Shown here: in pieces, positions 62,975 to 64,000 of the stretch
Layout: each line of letters opens with the position of its first letter
How positions within the stretch are numbered: position 1 is the stretch's first letter
IMG/VR virus record: IMGVR_UViG_3300032024_000295
Source: a virus
Strand: one strand, 5' to 3'
Length of the DNA: 64,000 nucleotides
The notes under the pieces: generated by a model
What the model saw: the letters and a program-made list of their open reading frames with translations, nothing else
Told to the model about the DNA's origin: nothing
The model's database searches: none
Position numbers and translations under genes: made by a program

Positions 62975-63343
62975 TTAGAATTGTACATCTTTATTTTCAG
63001 TATCAACCAAAACTCTTAATCTAACCGTACCAGGGATATACTCAACATCTACACCGTGCATTCTAAGCGCAGACATTGCCGCTTCCCAATCAACTGAAAA
63101 TCTGTTCAATGTCCGTGCAATGTTGTTCTTACCCATACCTTCTTCTTCAATACCCAATAACTTCAATAGTGAAGTGATGGTAACCGTTGTCCTATGAGCC
63201 CAGAGATGATAATACATATTAATTTTATCATTCAGATGATGCTCATAACTCTCATATTTTGGATTACCGTCAAGGTCTCTAGGTGAGAAATATTCACCGG
63301 TTGTATACGTATGACCTTTGCTATCTACCCATTTCGGATTCAT
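62975..63343 (-). CDS. Hypothetical protein
   Basis: ORF track. Confidence 0.55.
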   Translation of the reverse strand: MNPKWVDSKGHTYTTGEYFSPRDLDGNPKYESYEHHLNDKINMYYHLWAHRTTVTITSLLKLLGIEEEGMGKNNIARTLNRFSVDWEAAMSALRMHGVDVEYIPGTVRLRVLVDTENKDVQF

Positions 63344-63364
63344 CTTTTTATCCCAAAACTCTAT

Positions 63365-63607
63365 CTAACCACCAATGAGGATACTTCTCGTCTTCATACA
63401 ATTCAAACTTTCTAAGATACCTTTCTCAATATCTTCTTTCCACATATTTATCTGTAGATTGAGGTATCGTTTTCCTACATAAAAGCCATTATTGTCAGAG
63501 ACTTCATCTCCATAACTTTCACTGTAGTATAATTCTATCATCATTTCATCGGAAAAGATACAACAATCTTTCCAATCCTGTGCGAATATCCTGTAGATTT
63601 CGCACAT
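63365..63607 (-). CDS. Hypothetical protein
   Basis: ORF track. Confidence 0.45.
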   Translation of the reverse strand: MCEIYRIFAQDWKDCCIFSDEMMIELYYSESYGDEVSDNNGFYVGKRYLNLQINMWKEDIEKGILESLNCMKTRSILIGG

Positions 63608-63904
63608 TCTTCTAAACTTACTACTTACATTCCTTGGCTTGCTTGGCGCTGGGTCATTTCGTTATCCTCCCAGTAATTGTCGAAGTTTTGCTTTGATTTC
63701 ATGAAAGAATTTTTCTTCATTAGATGGAAATCCATCTTCTTTATATTCCATTTCGTTGTTATTGAAAGTCAACGCCATCGGCAACCATTCTCTTCCCATT
63801 TTTTGAGATGTATTCACATTCATTAAGATGAGGTTAATTCAACATCTATCCATTGCTTTTGTATGCCTCTAACTTTAATCATATATCTCTCATCCTAAAA
63901 AAAT

Positions 63905-63994
63905 TGGCGAAAGTCAGTGCAATCGAAGCACAAACGATGTTATCGTTCCCATTGTTTAGCAAACAAGTCTAGCGCCCTGGCTAGTTTAACTTCC
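63905..63994 (-). tRNA. tRNA-Ser(GCU)
   Basis: GCT anticodon, long variable arm AACGAT-AAC-ATCGTT, G73, CCA. Confidence 0.85.
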
Positions 63995-64000
63995 TAGTAA

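Noticed and set aside
557-64000. Genome-wide TAG reassignment (code 15)
   Set aside because: Long structural genes have no internal TAG, TAG ends terL and others at family-typical positions, and no CUA tRNA is seen in the window.

Overview
AT-rich 64 kb segment of a large (jumbo-type) T4-related myovirus, with most genes on the minus strand. IHF-consensus sites, lipoprotein/outer-membrane cargo and gamma-proteobacterial-like accessory genes suggest a Gram-negative proteobacterial host. Bases 0.5-33 kb hold dispersed morphogenesis genes: large terminase, probable small terminase, gp4 head-completion nuclease, gp54/48-like tube initiator, gp19-like tube, gp13/gp14-like neck, gp15-like tail terminator and gp18-like sheath. 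These carry T4-like late promoters (NATAAATA) and are interleaved with homing-endonuclease-like genes and an envelope-protein operon. The most striking feature is an expanded family of 11 genes or gene remnants that share a C-terminal peptide (xDILxCQEELIEAGLKEYAKL), mostly behind a variable, often LRR-like body and a T4-style capsid-targeting N-terminus. Bases 33-64 kb are early accessory genes with sigma70-like promoters, many carrying an upstream GTTAAC box. They include a metzincin protease, glycosyltransferases, an LpxH-like hydrolase, FeoA, Bfd, a CCA-adding enzyme, a PTH2-like protein, NADAR, DUF932 and DUF262. This region also holds about 20 tRNA or tRNA-like genes, several chimeric or non-canonical: a D-armless UCU RNA, a 146-nt tRNA-shaped RNA and a permuted Y-RNA-like element. 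Several single-base homopolymer indels and four in-frame stops suggest sequencing or consensus error or gene decay, so individual pseudogene calls need caution. All calls are by-eye motif recognition; no database searches were run.
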